IMG/VR virus record: IMGVR_UViG_3300029861_000002
Direction: 5' to 3' (one strand)
DNA: 64,000 nt
Source: a virus
Lineage: Duplodnaviria > Heunggongvirae > Uroviricota > Caudoviricetes
Of this stretch, positions 20,385 to 34,300 are shown piece by piece. Every line of letters begins with the position of its first letter. The first letter of the stretch is position 1. Under the pieces are notes generated by a model. It was given only the letters and a program-made list of their open reading frames with translations, did no database searches and was not told where the DNA came from. Both the position numbers and the translations under genes were made by a program.

Positions 20385-23166
20385 AATACTATTCCACCTT
20401 CATACGCATTTGATTTGTTAAACACTTATAGTTTATTACACAGAATTGAGCGCTTTCTAGAGCGATATATTTAATCATATTATCCAATGGGTTAAGTGTA
20501 TATCTCCCTGTGGGACCGATTTTTACAGTAATAGGATTACTTCCATCAGCATTTGAGCTAAGAAGAATAGTAGTTCCTTCGTCTGCTTCTATATCGAACA
20601 AAGTAATATCACTAAAAGTGTAATAAATCTCTCCGTCTGTTAGCTGTCCATCGCTACTTAATTCAAAGTGTGTATTATATATAAGCTCAACTTGCTTTTG
20701 TGTCTCTTCTTTTATTATCTCGTAGATATTTACCGTTTTATATAGATTAAAAGTCGTATTATCAACAATAATATCTCCTTGTTTATCCCTAACTAGAAAT
20801 TTTTCCATATTCGCAGGAACATTACTAAATATGCGATATGTGTCACTATTCTTATAATCATAGTTATAAAACTTTAAAACACCATCTGTTCCTGTAAATA
20901 TTCCAGAAATCTAACCCCAAATACGAGAAGCATCAATAGCAGAAACAACTCCCACTGAAACATCTTCAACCTAATTTAACTGACAAACATAATTCACAAT
21001 AATAGGAACTGTTGATGCAGATAGAGATAGAGAATTAACATTCTCACTTAAATGATACATTCTACCTGGTGCAACTAAGATCCTTGAACCATTAACATTA
21101 ATTTCAATAGTCGCAGATTCAGGCCCATCAAGAGCAAGAATTAAATTTTCACATTCCTCAATCTATCTATCATACTCAGAAGTATCTTCTTCATTACCTG
21201 CGGCTTCCGCTCTAAGAGCTTCTAATTCTAGTAGCTACGCGGTTAGATCTATCTTTGGGTATTGTTCAACTAGGATATCAGTAACCTAAACTAAGTTTAG
21301 TTTATACCCTCCACCTATGCTAACCTCTTCCTATTCTCTTATCTTTGCGTATAAGTCTATATTTCGACCATAAATTCCGCTTATCTGCCCAAAGGAATTT
21401 ATTCTATCTTCGCTTGCTAAACTCTCAAATTCACCAATATCAATTATATTAACTTCATTTAAATTTTCTATGGTGTTCTCTAATACTTCATATGCCGTAG
21501 CAGAAAAAGAATAGAGCATGCGGCCGACCGTATTATTCGGAGTCAAAGAAATATTAAGCAAGCCTATAACTATATTCCCTTCGGTTGGAGACTTAAATAA
21601 TTTATAGTTAAAATCATTTAAAAATTCTTCTACCTTTTCTCTAAAAGCTCTTTCAATGAAAACATTATCATCTGTTAAATCAGTTGAAATAGATAATTTA
21701 CTCTCATTAGTTGAGACTTCTGAATGAGTTGTCTATCTCTCTTGACATTTTCCTCTAACCACATTTTTGATAGTAAACTTATCTTCTGGGATTGCAAGTT
21801 TGCCATTATAATAAAGGCCATCATCATCTAGAGAGAAGAATGTCTAATATTCATCCATCTAAAAACTAATCAAACCAGAAATAGGAAATTCTGCATAGTA
21901 AGCATTACCATTCTAAATTAAATGAGGGTATTTATCTCCTAAAGTATCCTATTTACTTCTTAAAGTGGTATGTTTAAAGCTGGATAAGGTTTGATTGAGT
22001 GATAGTTTTAACTATACTCCATCTCTATAAATATAGCTGTGCTCAAAATCAACACTACGACCTTGGTTAGAGGTTTCATATACCTAGGAAGTCCGCAATC
22101 CTGCGGAGTTCTCTTGCTATATAGCGTATTTGTATCTAATTCCGCTTTCAATAATAAAATCGGTATAGATTAGTGAATCGTTCAAAACCTAATTAGAAAA
22201 TTTAAGATACTTCAAATCTTCCCATATCTAATAATTATCTTTCTCTGAACTTCTAGTTATTACATAACTTCCACTTAATCCATCTTTTGCTGTGCAAAAA
22301 ATCTTTATACAACCATTCTCTTTGCAATATATATCGCTATCTTCAACTCTTATAGATACTCCTTCTAAATCACCTAGATAAGTTCGACTAACAGAAAAAT
22401 TATACTAATCAGACTCTCCCTCATAACCATTGACGGTAATAATAGAGTACACAACAGTATAATCTTCACTATTAGTTAATACTGTTTTAAATCTATGAGT
22501 ATCTGTATTATTAATAGAGCCATTATGCTAGATCCACCCAGAGCTTTCGATTAAATCACTGAGATCCTACGAAGAACCTTTGTATAAATCAAATTTATAT
22601 TTATCCAATAATTCATTACTACTAGATTCAATCTTGTAACTGCCAATAAATAGCGGTGTTAAAGTTGCTTCTACTCGTTCTGTAGATATAACATCTTCTC
22701 GCTTTGCCTCGTCGTTTTCTATAATAATAGTCGGAGTATCTATCGCTTTAATTACCATTACAGTAGACCATTCAGAGAAAGCTCCTTCATCTATTTGCTA
22801 TTGTTTCCATGTTGCAAATTCATCTACCGAGGTATACATAGGATTAATTCCAAAGCGCATCTGCACTTTATATAAATACCCTGGCTACCAAGATTCGAAC
22901 AATTCATTTTTATTGATTGATACAAAATACTAATTGCCCAGGGAACCAATAGCAGAGGGTGCTTTATAGATTGTCCCATCTGGGTATTGATTTGTATTAA
23001 CAATGCTTTTATTATTCGACTAACGCACTATTCTTACCTATATATGTCCTATATCATTAAAAGATGTAATTGACTGTAAGGTAAAATAGATTTGATATAC
23101 ATTCACACTGGCTAGAAACGCTGGCTATGTACTCTACAGAGTAGGCGGGTAAATACTAATTGGCAT
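20377..23166 (-). CDS. Large tail/baseplate protein
   Basis: With TAG=Q: 929 aa; three track ORFs share this frame. Confidence 0.7.
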
Positions 23167-23195
23167 AGTTAACGCCTCCTTTTTCTCATCTAAGA

Positions 23196-23235
23196 TATTT
23201 AAAAAATCTTATATCATTAATAAAGATAATTGGCC
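23196..23235 (-). promoter_or_regulatory. Putative phage late promoter motif, copy 8
   Basis: GGCCAA-N25-TTTTAAATA on the minus strand, directly downstream of a terminator. Confidence 0.6.
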
Positions 23236-23268
23236 AAAAGGCTGACGAGTTTTATTCCTCGTCAGCCT
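23236..23268 (-). terminator. Intrinsic terminator
   Basis: AGGCTGACGAG / CTCGTCAGCCT stem followed by a T-run on the minus strand. Confidence 0.65.
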
Positions 23269-23623
23269 CCACCATAAAGTATAGAATATTCATAACCTTT
23301 AAAGGAATATCATATCCCTACAAAATATCAATAGAAAAGGTAGCTAATGGAACGCTAGTATTTACAGCTAATAAGTTATTTAGTTCTTTATTCGCCGCGT
23401 CTCTTTTCTCTTCTGGGATTGAATAAGTAATATCGTCTACTTGTTCTCCATACCTTTCAATAATTTTCTTGCGCTCATTATAAATATCCTCAGCAATAGA
23501 AGAAAGAATTTTTAAATTTCTTATCACCGAATATGACACACTTGCGGGAAGGCATGATTGATCTTGAACTATATTACTTAATCCCTCGGTTATTTCTAAA
23601 ATATCCTTGTTTGACATTTTCAT
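23252..23623 (-). CDS. Hypothetical phage protein
   Basis: 123 aa with one TAG=Q. Confidence 0.7.
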
Positions 23624-23643
23624 AATTAAAACTCCTTTTTCTC

Positions 23644-24384
23644 TTATGGCGAAACCGCATCCGCCAATGCTTCAAATAATGCTGCACTAATCAAGGTTTC
23701 ATCCGCAGTAACTCTTGAAGTCCCGCAGGCAGATGCCATAGAATTATAAATGCTTGCGGTTATCCAATCTCCACTTGAAACTTTCAAATAATCATATGAA
23801 GAATACTAACTTGATTGATTGCGCCAACTTTTATATTTACCAACCTAATCGGCTAATTCATTCCAGTTAGCTGCGGTGGCATAATCTGCTATATAATCTC
23901 CCGGGCTACACCCAAAAGAAAAACCAGTTGGTTGTGTATATACAGTTACACTATCTGATGCAGACCCCAAGCTAACTGTTGTCCTAGATGTAGTCGGACC
24001 AGTTGTTGTTGTTACATCTTCATAAATTGGATTTCCTTCCTCGTCTTTTCCTACCTCTTCTCTATGGGTAGACCATCTAGTTACAGTAGTGGTTTTTGTG
24101 CATCTAGCACTCAACGTCCCTCTTACCGTATTTGCCCTGCCCGCAGTTAAACCAGTAAAGGTATGAGTTGGTTCTTTAGAGCTAGAAGTTCCTCCATCAC
24201 TAAAACTCCAACTCCATACTGTATTACTATAAGAGATAGTAGTTCTAGAACCATTTTTACTATCTCCGGTTGTGGTTGTTCCAGAATCGCTTGGATATAC
24301 CCATCCTACCGCAGTACAACTTATTGAAGCATATCTCTATCCAACACTAGAATAAGAGGGAGAGTGTAAGGTTACAGAACCCAT
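23644..24384 (-). CDS. Ser/Thr-rich structural protein with PKD-like segment
   Basis: With TAG=Q: WSWSFSDGGTSSSKEPTHTF motif. Confidence 0.65.
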
Positions 24385-24397
24385 ATATAATCACTCC

Positions 24398-27300
24398 TTA
24401 TGCAAACTAGGCATAAATACCTTTCTATCCAGATTTTGGTACATTCATGTTGAAATTTTCTGCATTTACCCAGATACCTGCTCCCTCAGCATTTAAAGCT
24501 ATATTTCTTGCAGACTAAAGAATAATACTCTATCCCTAATCAAGTGTCCTAATACCAATATTGTCAGTAACACCATCATCATCTCTACCTGGTATATATC
24601 CTAAAAATCCAAGATAAGTATTCCAGCGACCATGATCATTATAATATATTTGTACCTATTCTGTCTATACTAAGCCGTTAAACAATCTTGTAGTACCATT
24701 CTCTAATCCATCTTCACTAATAGTCCACCCGCCGATTTCGCCATTATCACAGGTTAAAGTAGTCGCATTAATATCTCCACTAATATCTACGTTATCAGAT
24801 TCAAAATCCTCACATACAATCCTACCATTTGAATATAGAGTGGTTCCGCCTCCAGAGATTCTACTTGGACTAATAGTCCACCCGCCGATTTCGCCATCGT
24901 CTGCATAAATAGAGCCATTAATCGTTGCATTTTTACACTACATCTCACCTGAACTGGTAATATAAAAATAAGAAGAACCAGAGAAAACAGGTCTATCTGC
25001 TGTGCTGCTAGAACTAGCTCCAGCCCAGAAACGATAAGTTCCTGAACTTGCTATACCGGTTCTGTAATTATCGCTAGTAAGTTTATTAGAAGAAAGAATC
25101 CATCCTCCAATATTTCCCTATTTAGCAGTAATTAATCCACCTTTAGAGACAGAAAACTTAGCGCTTGAAGCAGTTGCACTACCAGCCCACATAGCAAAAT
25201 CATTATTATTTGTAGGTGTAGATGTATTAGTAGGCGACTGGCTATTCAATTCGACTCTTGTTGAACCAGAACCGCTATACAGTCTATTGGTTTCAATAGT
25301 CCAACCATTAGACCCAGTTTTTGTACCACCTATCTTGCCGGAAGAAGCATAAATAGTTCCTGAAATTTCAGCATTGGCCGCATTTACAGTACCATTATAC
25401 TTTACTGTGAAAACACCGCCACCGATTTTAATAGCCTCTGTAGAGCCATCAGCTTTAAGATCTGCTAGTGTAATAGTCATTCCATTGGATGCGTCTCCAC
25501 CTTCACCAGAAGAATTTCCTCCTCCATAAATTTCGGCAGAGGTACCATCAATAATAATCTACCCACCACCAGTTTTGGATCCAAAGAAGGCTGTACCATC
25601 TTCCATTAGACCAAAGGTATTAACTCCTGCTTTATATCCATACAAACCAATTTTAGACTAGACACTATCTTTCCCCATTACTACACCAGTAAAACGATTA
25701 AAGCTATCTTTTTCTCCTGCGCCTATCTATGGTGCCAAAATATACTGACCATTTTCTTCATCAATTTCAAGCTATGTACCATCCCACCCATTAATTAATT
25801 CATTTCCATAGGTGTCAAGATACAAGATAATTGGATGATAAATACATTTTCCCTCATATTCACACTTTAACAATGCAATACTATTATCTTCAAAAATAAA
25901 GCTAGAAGCCGGTTCTAAATAGTAAAGACCATCCTATTCTTCTATTGTTAATATTTCTTCTACAATAGAAGTAATATTCTTGCTCTAATCAACTTTGTTG
26001 ACAATAAATTCAATATTATTACTATAGAACTAGGGATTTACTCCAGAAGCAGTATATTTAATATAAGAAGGAATAGAGCTAATATCAATACTCTCTATTT
26101 CTTGATCAGAAAAATCAACAGCGACATCAATAGGATAATTACTATAAATATCATAAGTTCTATTATTCTTATTATCATTAATAGTAACCTATACCTTCAC
26201 ATAACCACCAATAGGAGTAGACACTAGTTGATTATCTCCACTAATTATCTTGCGGTCATCCAAGGCACTATCCCTAATATTAACATTAACCCCTGTCCAC
26301 TTATAGGTTAATGTATAGCTTCCATTGTCGTTAATTAGCTCTCCATCTTTATATACATAACATCTTAAAGGTAAAGTATTTTGCCATGAGTCATCTCTAT
26401 AGATAAGGGGAACCAAACCAGAAAGTTTTAGGCCGGTACTTTCATCAAAAGGACGAATTGCAGTAACATAGGTCGTACCATTAGTACCCTAATCTCCATC
26501 TTTTAAGAATAAAATCTCTTTCTAGAAAGAGTATCTCTATTCATCCATAGTAACTATACGAACTAAGATAGTATTATTATTAAAATTAACTTTATACTTC
26601 TATTTAATAGTATAATGTAAAATATTGCTATTGTCAACCCAAAGATTTTCTATCATAGATTCACTAGGATTATATCTTGAATTAGTGATATTTTTCCCAT
26701 CTGGGCCAATCCATTCAACCTTATAAGAAGTTCCAACTCCATCTTTCCAAGTTAAAACAACCTAAAGAGTTCGTTCCTTCTCAGCATCTTCTATTGTTAT
26801 ATCTCCGTTTGCATCATATCTAAAGGTATCTTCTCCATTATAAGTGATTGTAACATCTTCCTCGGAAGAACTATTTGTGACAAGATGTTCTAATACACAA
26901 ATAATCTAGCTATGCTCTTTATTATAAACGCCGCAAACAAAAGTAACAGAAGAATATAGCAGTAAATTAGTTACAGTGATAGAATTTTGTTTTAACCCTA
27001 CTGCGGTATAACTTCCATCTGGATAAAGCATATACCAATCTCCAATTAAAACAGTATCATCTACATTGTTCTAAATTTGAATGATAATATCTTCACCAAC
27101 CGTAGTTTGATCTAACTCAAAACTATAGTCACTTGTTAAGTTATAAATCGTTGTTTCTGCGCTTAATGTCACGCTATCATTATATACAACGATCAATTTA
27201 TACTACTTTTGATACTCAACCTATTCAGCATTAAGTGTCAGCGTATTGCTCTCGGACGCTGTGACGGGAGCCCATCCTACCCCAGCATTTTTGTCATACA

Positions 27301-28318
27301 AATCGCTCCCTAGTAAAACGCTTACATCCCTCTCAAACCATTTACATTCACAGGTTTCTTCGTCCATAATATTATCGCCCTAATAAATCAATCTACCAAC
27401 CAAATCAAGAGAAGAGATCTCGTTAGTGAATGAGTTTCCTCGCGGGGTTGATATATCTAAGTAATATAAATTATCAGTTAAATCTTTCTATTCAACAAAC
27501 TGAATCTCTATATCCTTTACAAAAATATTAGGTACAGTTCTATTCTCTTTATCTGTAACTACACCAGATTCTACATAACGATCATAGACAAAGTTTTCTT
27601 CAAATAATTTAATCTGTTTAAGTCCAGTTAAATAATTCTTTTGAGTTTTTATGACTACAGATTGCGGGCTATAGACCTAAAAGCGATATGGATCTCCATT
27701 AAAAGAGCTTAGATCTAGTTTGTAAGAAACTATATCTCCACTTTTTGTGAAAAACTATATATCTAAACCATAATTTCCTTTTGTATGCTCACAGTGGAAG
27801 GTGGTCAAGAAAGAAGCCTTGATTCTAATAAGTTCATTATTGTTTGCGTATTGTTGGAATAATCCATGATAACCCTCTTCAATACCATCATAAATAATCT
27901 ATTGACTTAGATCACTATCGGCAGGCGCTCCAGCTACAACGCTTCTTTCCGCGTTTTTATCATATTCATACATGGTATCAAAGGTTGGGCTTTTCTCTAT
28001 TATTGAATTAGATAAAGATAGCATCTCTCCGTATGATAGCGACTATTCACTTGTTTTACATACTATTCTTTTCCTTGCTGACAAGTCATCTTGAGGTATG
28101 GTAACGTATACAGTATCTCCTACTTTATATTGCTTTTTTACATCATCAGAAAAAGCAGATACTATATTACCAGAATATTTAACTTTATATTCTCCAGTAT
28201 CAAGATTAACGATACTATTGATCTCTGCTGAAACAGTTTTATCATAAGTTAATTTTGATAGTGCTTTATCAACAAGAATATCTATTGTCTAAAAAATAGA
28301 TTCAGAAGCTGTATTCAT
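24398..28318 (-). CDS. Large tail tip/spike protein
   Basis: With TAG=Q: 1306 aa; repeated G.IGGWTI motifs near the C-terminus; track ORFs are in frame. Confidence 0.7.
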
Positions 28319-28342
28319 ATTCTTCCTCCTTTTACTCATAGG

Positions 28343-28375
28343 GAATAATAGGGGAGAAAATCTCCCCTATTATTC
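28343..28375. terminator. Stem-loop at the end of the tape measure gene
   Basis: GAATAATAGGGGAGA-aaa-TCTCCCCTATTATTC. Confidence 0.55.
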
Positions 28376-31300
28376 TTTTCTTCTATTCGCCCATTGAGTA
28401 GCATCATCCGCCAAACTACGAATAGCATCTTGAATTTCATCAGAAGATGTCGCATTGGGGAATTCAACTCGCTCAATATTTATATTTGGCTAAACCACAT
28501 TATCTGTCGGCGCAATCTAGGTATTAGTTCCCAATCTAGATGCCATAATACTAGAAATAGATAGTGCGTTCCCGTCAAGAGTTTTCTCAATAGAGGCTAT
28601 AAAACTAGGTCCAAAGGCTCTCATAGCAGAGACCGCCGCCAAGATATTTTTCGTATCCTCTTGATTTAAAACTAACTCTTTTTCATGTAAGAAAGCTAAT
28701 TTAGCATTATCAAATTCTCCAGTATATCCTCCAGTATCGAAGCCACTTATCTAACTTTCTTTTAGCCATCCATAAGCGGAATTATTGGACTGTACATGGA
28801 TTGGATAAGGTCTACCCTTAGCTATGTTTGTTATTCTAACCTTTTTACCTGGACCGCGTCTACCAGCAGGATCAGTGCCATAAGAATCATGATAGTAAGT
28901 TCCACCAGTATAAATAACTTCATCTCCTACTTCGGGGATTCCATTACCTCCTCCAGTTCCACTACTGGAAGATCCACTACCACTATTGCCTGAGCTACCT
29001 TTATCAGTATCAGAAGATTGACTTGAATCAGAAGAAGGCAAGTCATCTTTATCTATACTTCCTGCGCTTTCTATTGTGTTACCAGCAGCTCTAGCGGCTT
29101 CTTCAAGTGATCTTACATATTCTCTGACTGAATCGGCCATATCTAAATACTCTTGACTTAAATCTTGAATAGTGCTTATCTATTCTAACATCTAAGTAAC
29201 AGCTTTTGATCCAGCCTCAGAACACAAATCAGTAGAAGTTGAAACATCGTCGATATAATCTTTTAAATCATCAAGACTTGTTCCAGTCTAATCGGCTACT
29301 CCAGAAACAGTAGTTTGATAATCCTCCATCGCTCCGCTAGCTTCATCCATTGCATTAGATAAAAACTCTTCAAAGTTGCCGGCATTAGCGGTCATATTCG
29401 CTAAGTCTTTCGCAAATACGTTATCAAATAGGTCAATAAGTTTTGTATTACTTCCTACTATATCTTGAATCTACTCATTATCTGATAGCAACAAATCAAT
29501 AATGCTAGAGCCGGAATTAGCTATAATATCTTGAATTTCTTGACTTGTAATTCCAGTTAAGTCACTTACCTCATCTCCCGCAACAATAGCCATATCAATT
29601 AAGGCTTTATTGCCGGCTTCGGTCATATCCTAAATAGCGATCTGTTTTTCGCTCTCTAAGTCCTTAACCTTCTGCGTATAATAAGAATAAATTTCTTGCG
29701 CGCGAGCAGATCTTTCTTCATCAGTCAAGGTCATATCAGAATAGATTTCTTTTATCTTATCTTGACACTCTTGCCAAGTAGAAATAATCTCTCTTGTAAC
29801 ATCCTCTACCTGTTGCTTTGCTATATTATACCATTCGTTCTCCGCATCAAGTAAATTCTGCTCTGCATCTGCTATCTAGCTCGCATCTGCGGTGTATTGA
29901 TAATTCCAGTTACCTTGACTATCTCTTACTAATCTAAGTTGATTCTTTGCATTTTGAGCATCTTCAAGTGCCATCTAAGCCTAAAGAACATTATACTTAG
30001 CTTCGAGAATTTCTAAATCGTACTCAGATAAGGTATTATTCTCTCTACGTATATCAATTTCCTCTTGCAGCTACTTTAACTAATCTTTCATCTTAGAGTT
30101 AGTAGCTTTATCAATATCTTGTTGTAGTTTATTATACCAAGAAGATACCTCATACGCCTCATTTACTTTATCTAAATATCTATCCTCTTGTTCGATATAA
30201 TGATCGAATTTGTCTTGTAGTAGATCTAATCCTACTCCACCAGAAACAGCCTATCCAAATTCATATACTGCTCTTTCAATAGCTTGAGTATACATCTCCT
30301 AAGCAGTCTCCATAGCAGCTTGCGCGGAACTTAACATAGCCTCTTGTGCTTCATTAAATTCTTCTAGTAGAGCATCTCTATTAGCTTTTAAACCATCATA
30401 TGCAGGATCGGTTTCATCTCCGCCTAATGCATCTAATGCAGCTTGAGCTTCCAATAGTTCTTGATGGATTCCGTCATACCATTGTTTATTCAGCTATGCA
30501 TTGGCGACCTAAGCCTTCATAGTTTCTTCGCTTACTTCTTGAAGCTATTCAAATCCTTCTTCGGTCTTATATGTAACTCCCTAAAGAGCATATAATTCTT
30601 TGATGAGCCCTAGAACAGATTCATTATGATCAAGCTAATCAGTAAAAGCAGCAAATCTTTCTGACGCGGCATCTAATGCATCTGGTAGCATTTCTTCAAG
30701 ACCTTCTACCCAATCAAGCAAAGCCTCTGCGGTAGAAATCATTTTACCTTGTAAGTCAGATAACTTACTTACAATCTCATCAATATTAGTCGCATCTGTG
30801 GCATTAGCTAATTCTTCCTGATAACTTTTAAGGGCTTCTTCATAGCTCTTGATGATTTCAATGTTCTCGTTCATACTGTTTTTATCAATACGAGCGACTT
30901 CCATTCCATGAGTTAGCTCATCACCAAAAGATTCTGCTATTTGTCTTGTTAGCTCATTAACCGCATCTTTAGCATCTTTTATATCTATCGCAACTTCAAG
31001 TTTATATTCAATCTAATTTAATCTATTATCTGCAATATTTCTTTCTAGCTCTTCTTGCTCATCTTTTACATCTTGAATCTTATCGAGAGTTTCTTCATAT
31101 TGAGCTAAAGCGTCCTAACGAGCCTAGAATAATTCATCAGCAACTTCTTTTTGTAATTGCCAACTATCATATTCCGCCTATCTAGCTTCCTATTCATCTT
31201 TAGTAAGACTACTAAACATCAATAAGAAAGCATTATAATCGGTTAAGAAGTTATTATTGTAATCATCAATAATAGATTGAAGAACGTCTTGATAACCTTC

Positions 31301-34300
31301 AATTTCTCCATTTTCATCAAAAATAAGAGAATTGTTAAATAATCCTTGAAGTTCTGATCTATCTTTCTCAAGATAAGTCTCAGCCTCATCAAGCATCTTA
31401 TTATAATTAGCTTGCTGTTTTTCTAACTCTTGAAGCTCTTTCTAATAAGCCTATAATTTCTTCGCTCCATATGCTCTATCTATATTATTACCAATATCAT
31501 CCAATAAATCATTCTAATTCTCAATCTCACGAGTTATTTCATGGTATCTATCTTCTATATCTTCAAGAGTTTTTTCATCCTCGGCATCATATTTTGTACC
31601 TTCGTTATCTCCGCCAGAACCACTACCTAAGTTAGCCTATGTTTTATCTAAAGATAAATTAGCGCTTTTTAGTGCCGCAATTCCAGCATCTACAGAACCG
31701 ATCTAAGCATTAACAGAATTCAATTCTAACTATATTTCATCAATAGCTTGCTCTGTAGCGCTATTTAATACTTCGATATTATTCTAAGCGGCATTAAGGA
31801 TTTCATCAGTTAATGTCTAAACATCTGCTTTAGAAAATACATATGTATTATCAGCAGTTTGTGAACTGGTCGCCCCCACGGAGACATTATCCTGTCCTTC
31901 AAATAGCACGGGATCATAAGTACCTTCCTGCCCGCTATAAGCAGCTTTTATTGCCTACGATGCTTTAACTGCTGCTAACTAAACCTAATTCCAAACGCTA
32001 ACCTATGATGCTCCACTTTGATTCGCCGCAGTTTCAATATCATCATACGCCTATTGAGAATTTTCTGCATCAGTTTCATGCATTATTCCCAAAGCATCGA
32101 CTAAAGCGGCAGCATCATTAGCAATTTCTTCATTGGCTAAATCTTCTGCGTCAGCCTTTTTTTCAGCTGTAATTTCTTTTGAATCGGCATCAGCTTTATA
32201 AATAGCTGCTTGTGCAAGTGCCGCAGCTTTAGAGGCCGCATCCTCTGCTTTAAGCCCAGATTTTAAAGCTTCTAATCCAGCATAAAGAGAATCTCGCTTA
32301 GCGACTAATGCTTCTCTCTCAGTTTCTAACTACTTTATTCTTGCTAATCTATCAGCTTCTATTTCCTACTATTTACCATCAATAAAATTATTAACAACTT
32401 CTCTATTTAACTCAATAGTACTATCTGCCGTTTCTCTTGCATTAGTAAGCATAGCGCCATAGCCAGCCGCTATTATTTCCTAGGCTCTATCATATGTTAT
32501 TTCAAGGCCATCTTCCAAATATCCTTTAAGCTATTCTATTTCATCGGCTAACCCGAATGCCTAATCAATATCAGAAGCTAAATCCGTATCGAGAGCAATC
32601 TAAATTTTATACTCTGTGTCTGCAAGCTTCTATAATTTCTATTGTAATTCCTCTATTAAATCTAGTGGAGCATATCCAGCATCTTCTAATCTTGCTATTT
32701 CTGATTCTAATTGCTAAATATCCTCTCTTTGCTAATTAGCAGAATCCTCTAATCCAGTAAGATACGTTTTTTCTTTTTGTTCTTGTATCTCTCTTAATCT
32801 TTCAAGATAGTCATGCTAATTTGTGGCTTGTAAATTAGATAAATCTTCATATTTAGCCATCAATTCATCTAAGAAGGCTAGCTAATCCTCATCTAATTCC
32901 TCTTCATTTTGGTAAGAAGAAAGGATACTACCAATTTCTGCCGCATTTTTCTCACTTGTCTTAAGCTAATTAGCCCAATAATTACTGGCGTCATAATCTT
33001 CTATTGAAGAAGTTAAAGCATCAAGAAACTCCTAAGGAATATCTAACAATCCAGAACTAACCTTAGTTTTTAGCTCTTCTACCTATTCAGGAGAAAAAGA
33101 TTGTTCTAATAAATTAACAAAATCTATATCTCCTTCATTTGCTAAGGCTTGAGCATATGCTGTACCAAATTCCTCTCCAAATTGAGTATTGATATTATTA
33201 ATATCTTCATTTAACTCCTAAATGTAAGAATCTATATCAATAGCTCCTTCAGCATTATTTTCTATTTCGTCTGCATACTGCTTTAAAATTTTCTCCTACA
33301 TAAGTAGATTCTATAAAGCAATGCGCATAGCCTAGTCTGTCATTTCTACAGATTCGCCAGTAGCGGCATTTGAAAGAGTTCCTTTTCCCCATCCTCCAGA
33401 ATAACCAATAGAGGCAGTATCCCATCCAAGAACTTTTTCCGCGTATTCCTTACCCAATCTTTCATCGGTTAAGAACATATAATCCGTATTATATAGTTCT
33501 CTTAGCAAATCTTTAATAGTAGCATTATTGGCATTTGCAGCATTAATTTCTGCCAATGCTTCATCTACAGTTTTTCCAGAAGAAAGTTGAGTATTACCTA
33601 CTTGATTACTTGCAGCCTATCGAATTAAATCTTCATTGCTATCTATTGTACCTTCATAATTTTGTCCAACATAATTAGTTAAAATCTAGCTAGCAAAGTA
33701 TTCTGTTTCTTCTGCCGCCGATTTTGCGGCATCGGCATATTCCTCTAATGCATCCTTCGCATCTGCAACTGCGTCGACAGAAAGCTAAATTCCACTCTCA
33801 AGAGTTACAAATCCGTCAGAAGCCTCGCTCATTAACTCATAATAATTATTAGCTAATTCATCTAACATATCATGAGAAATGAGACGCTGCATCTCCTACT
33901 CGTTTCCAGAACGATCTTGATAAGAGTAACCATAGGTTAGTCCAGTTTCTCTAATCGTACTAGTAGCCAAAGCTTTCAAATTTGCATTAGACGCAGTTAT
34001 CTATGTCTAATAATTAGCGCTTTCTAATGAACTAAGATTACTAGCCTATTGCTCCTAAAGATTCTCTAGTACTCCTTCATCAAATACTATCTATCCGTTT
34101 GAACCATAACTATATTGCCCAAACAATTTATATGTTTCAATTAATTCTTTAGCTTTTTTGTTAGCGTCTTCTATCTATTCTGCAAATTCTTCTGTTCCTT
34201 TTTCTAGCTCATTAATGCTATCAAGGGCTTCGCTATAATCCGAAATAGTCTATTTTAATTCCTCATACGCTGAAGTAGCATCTTCTACAGCCTGTTGCGT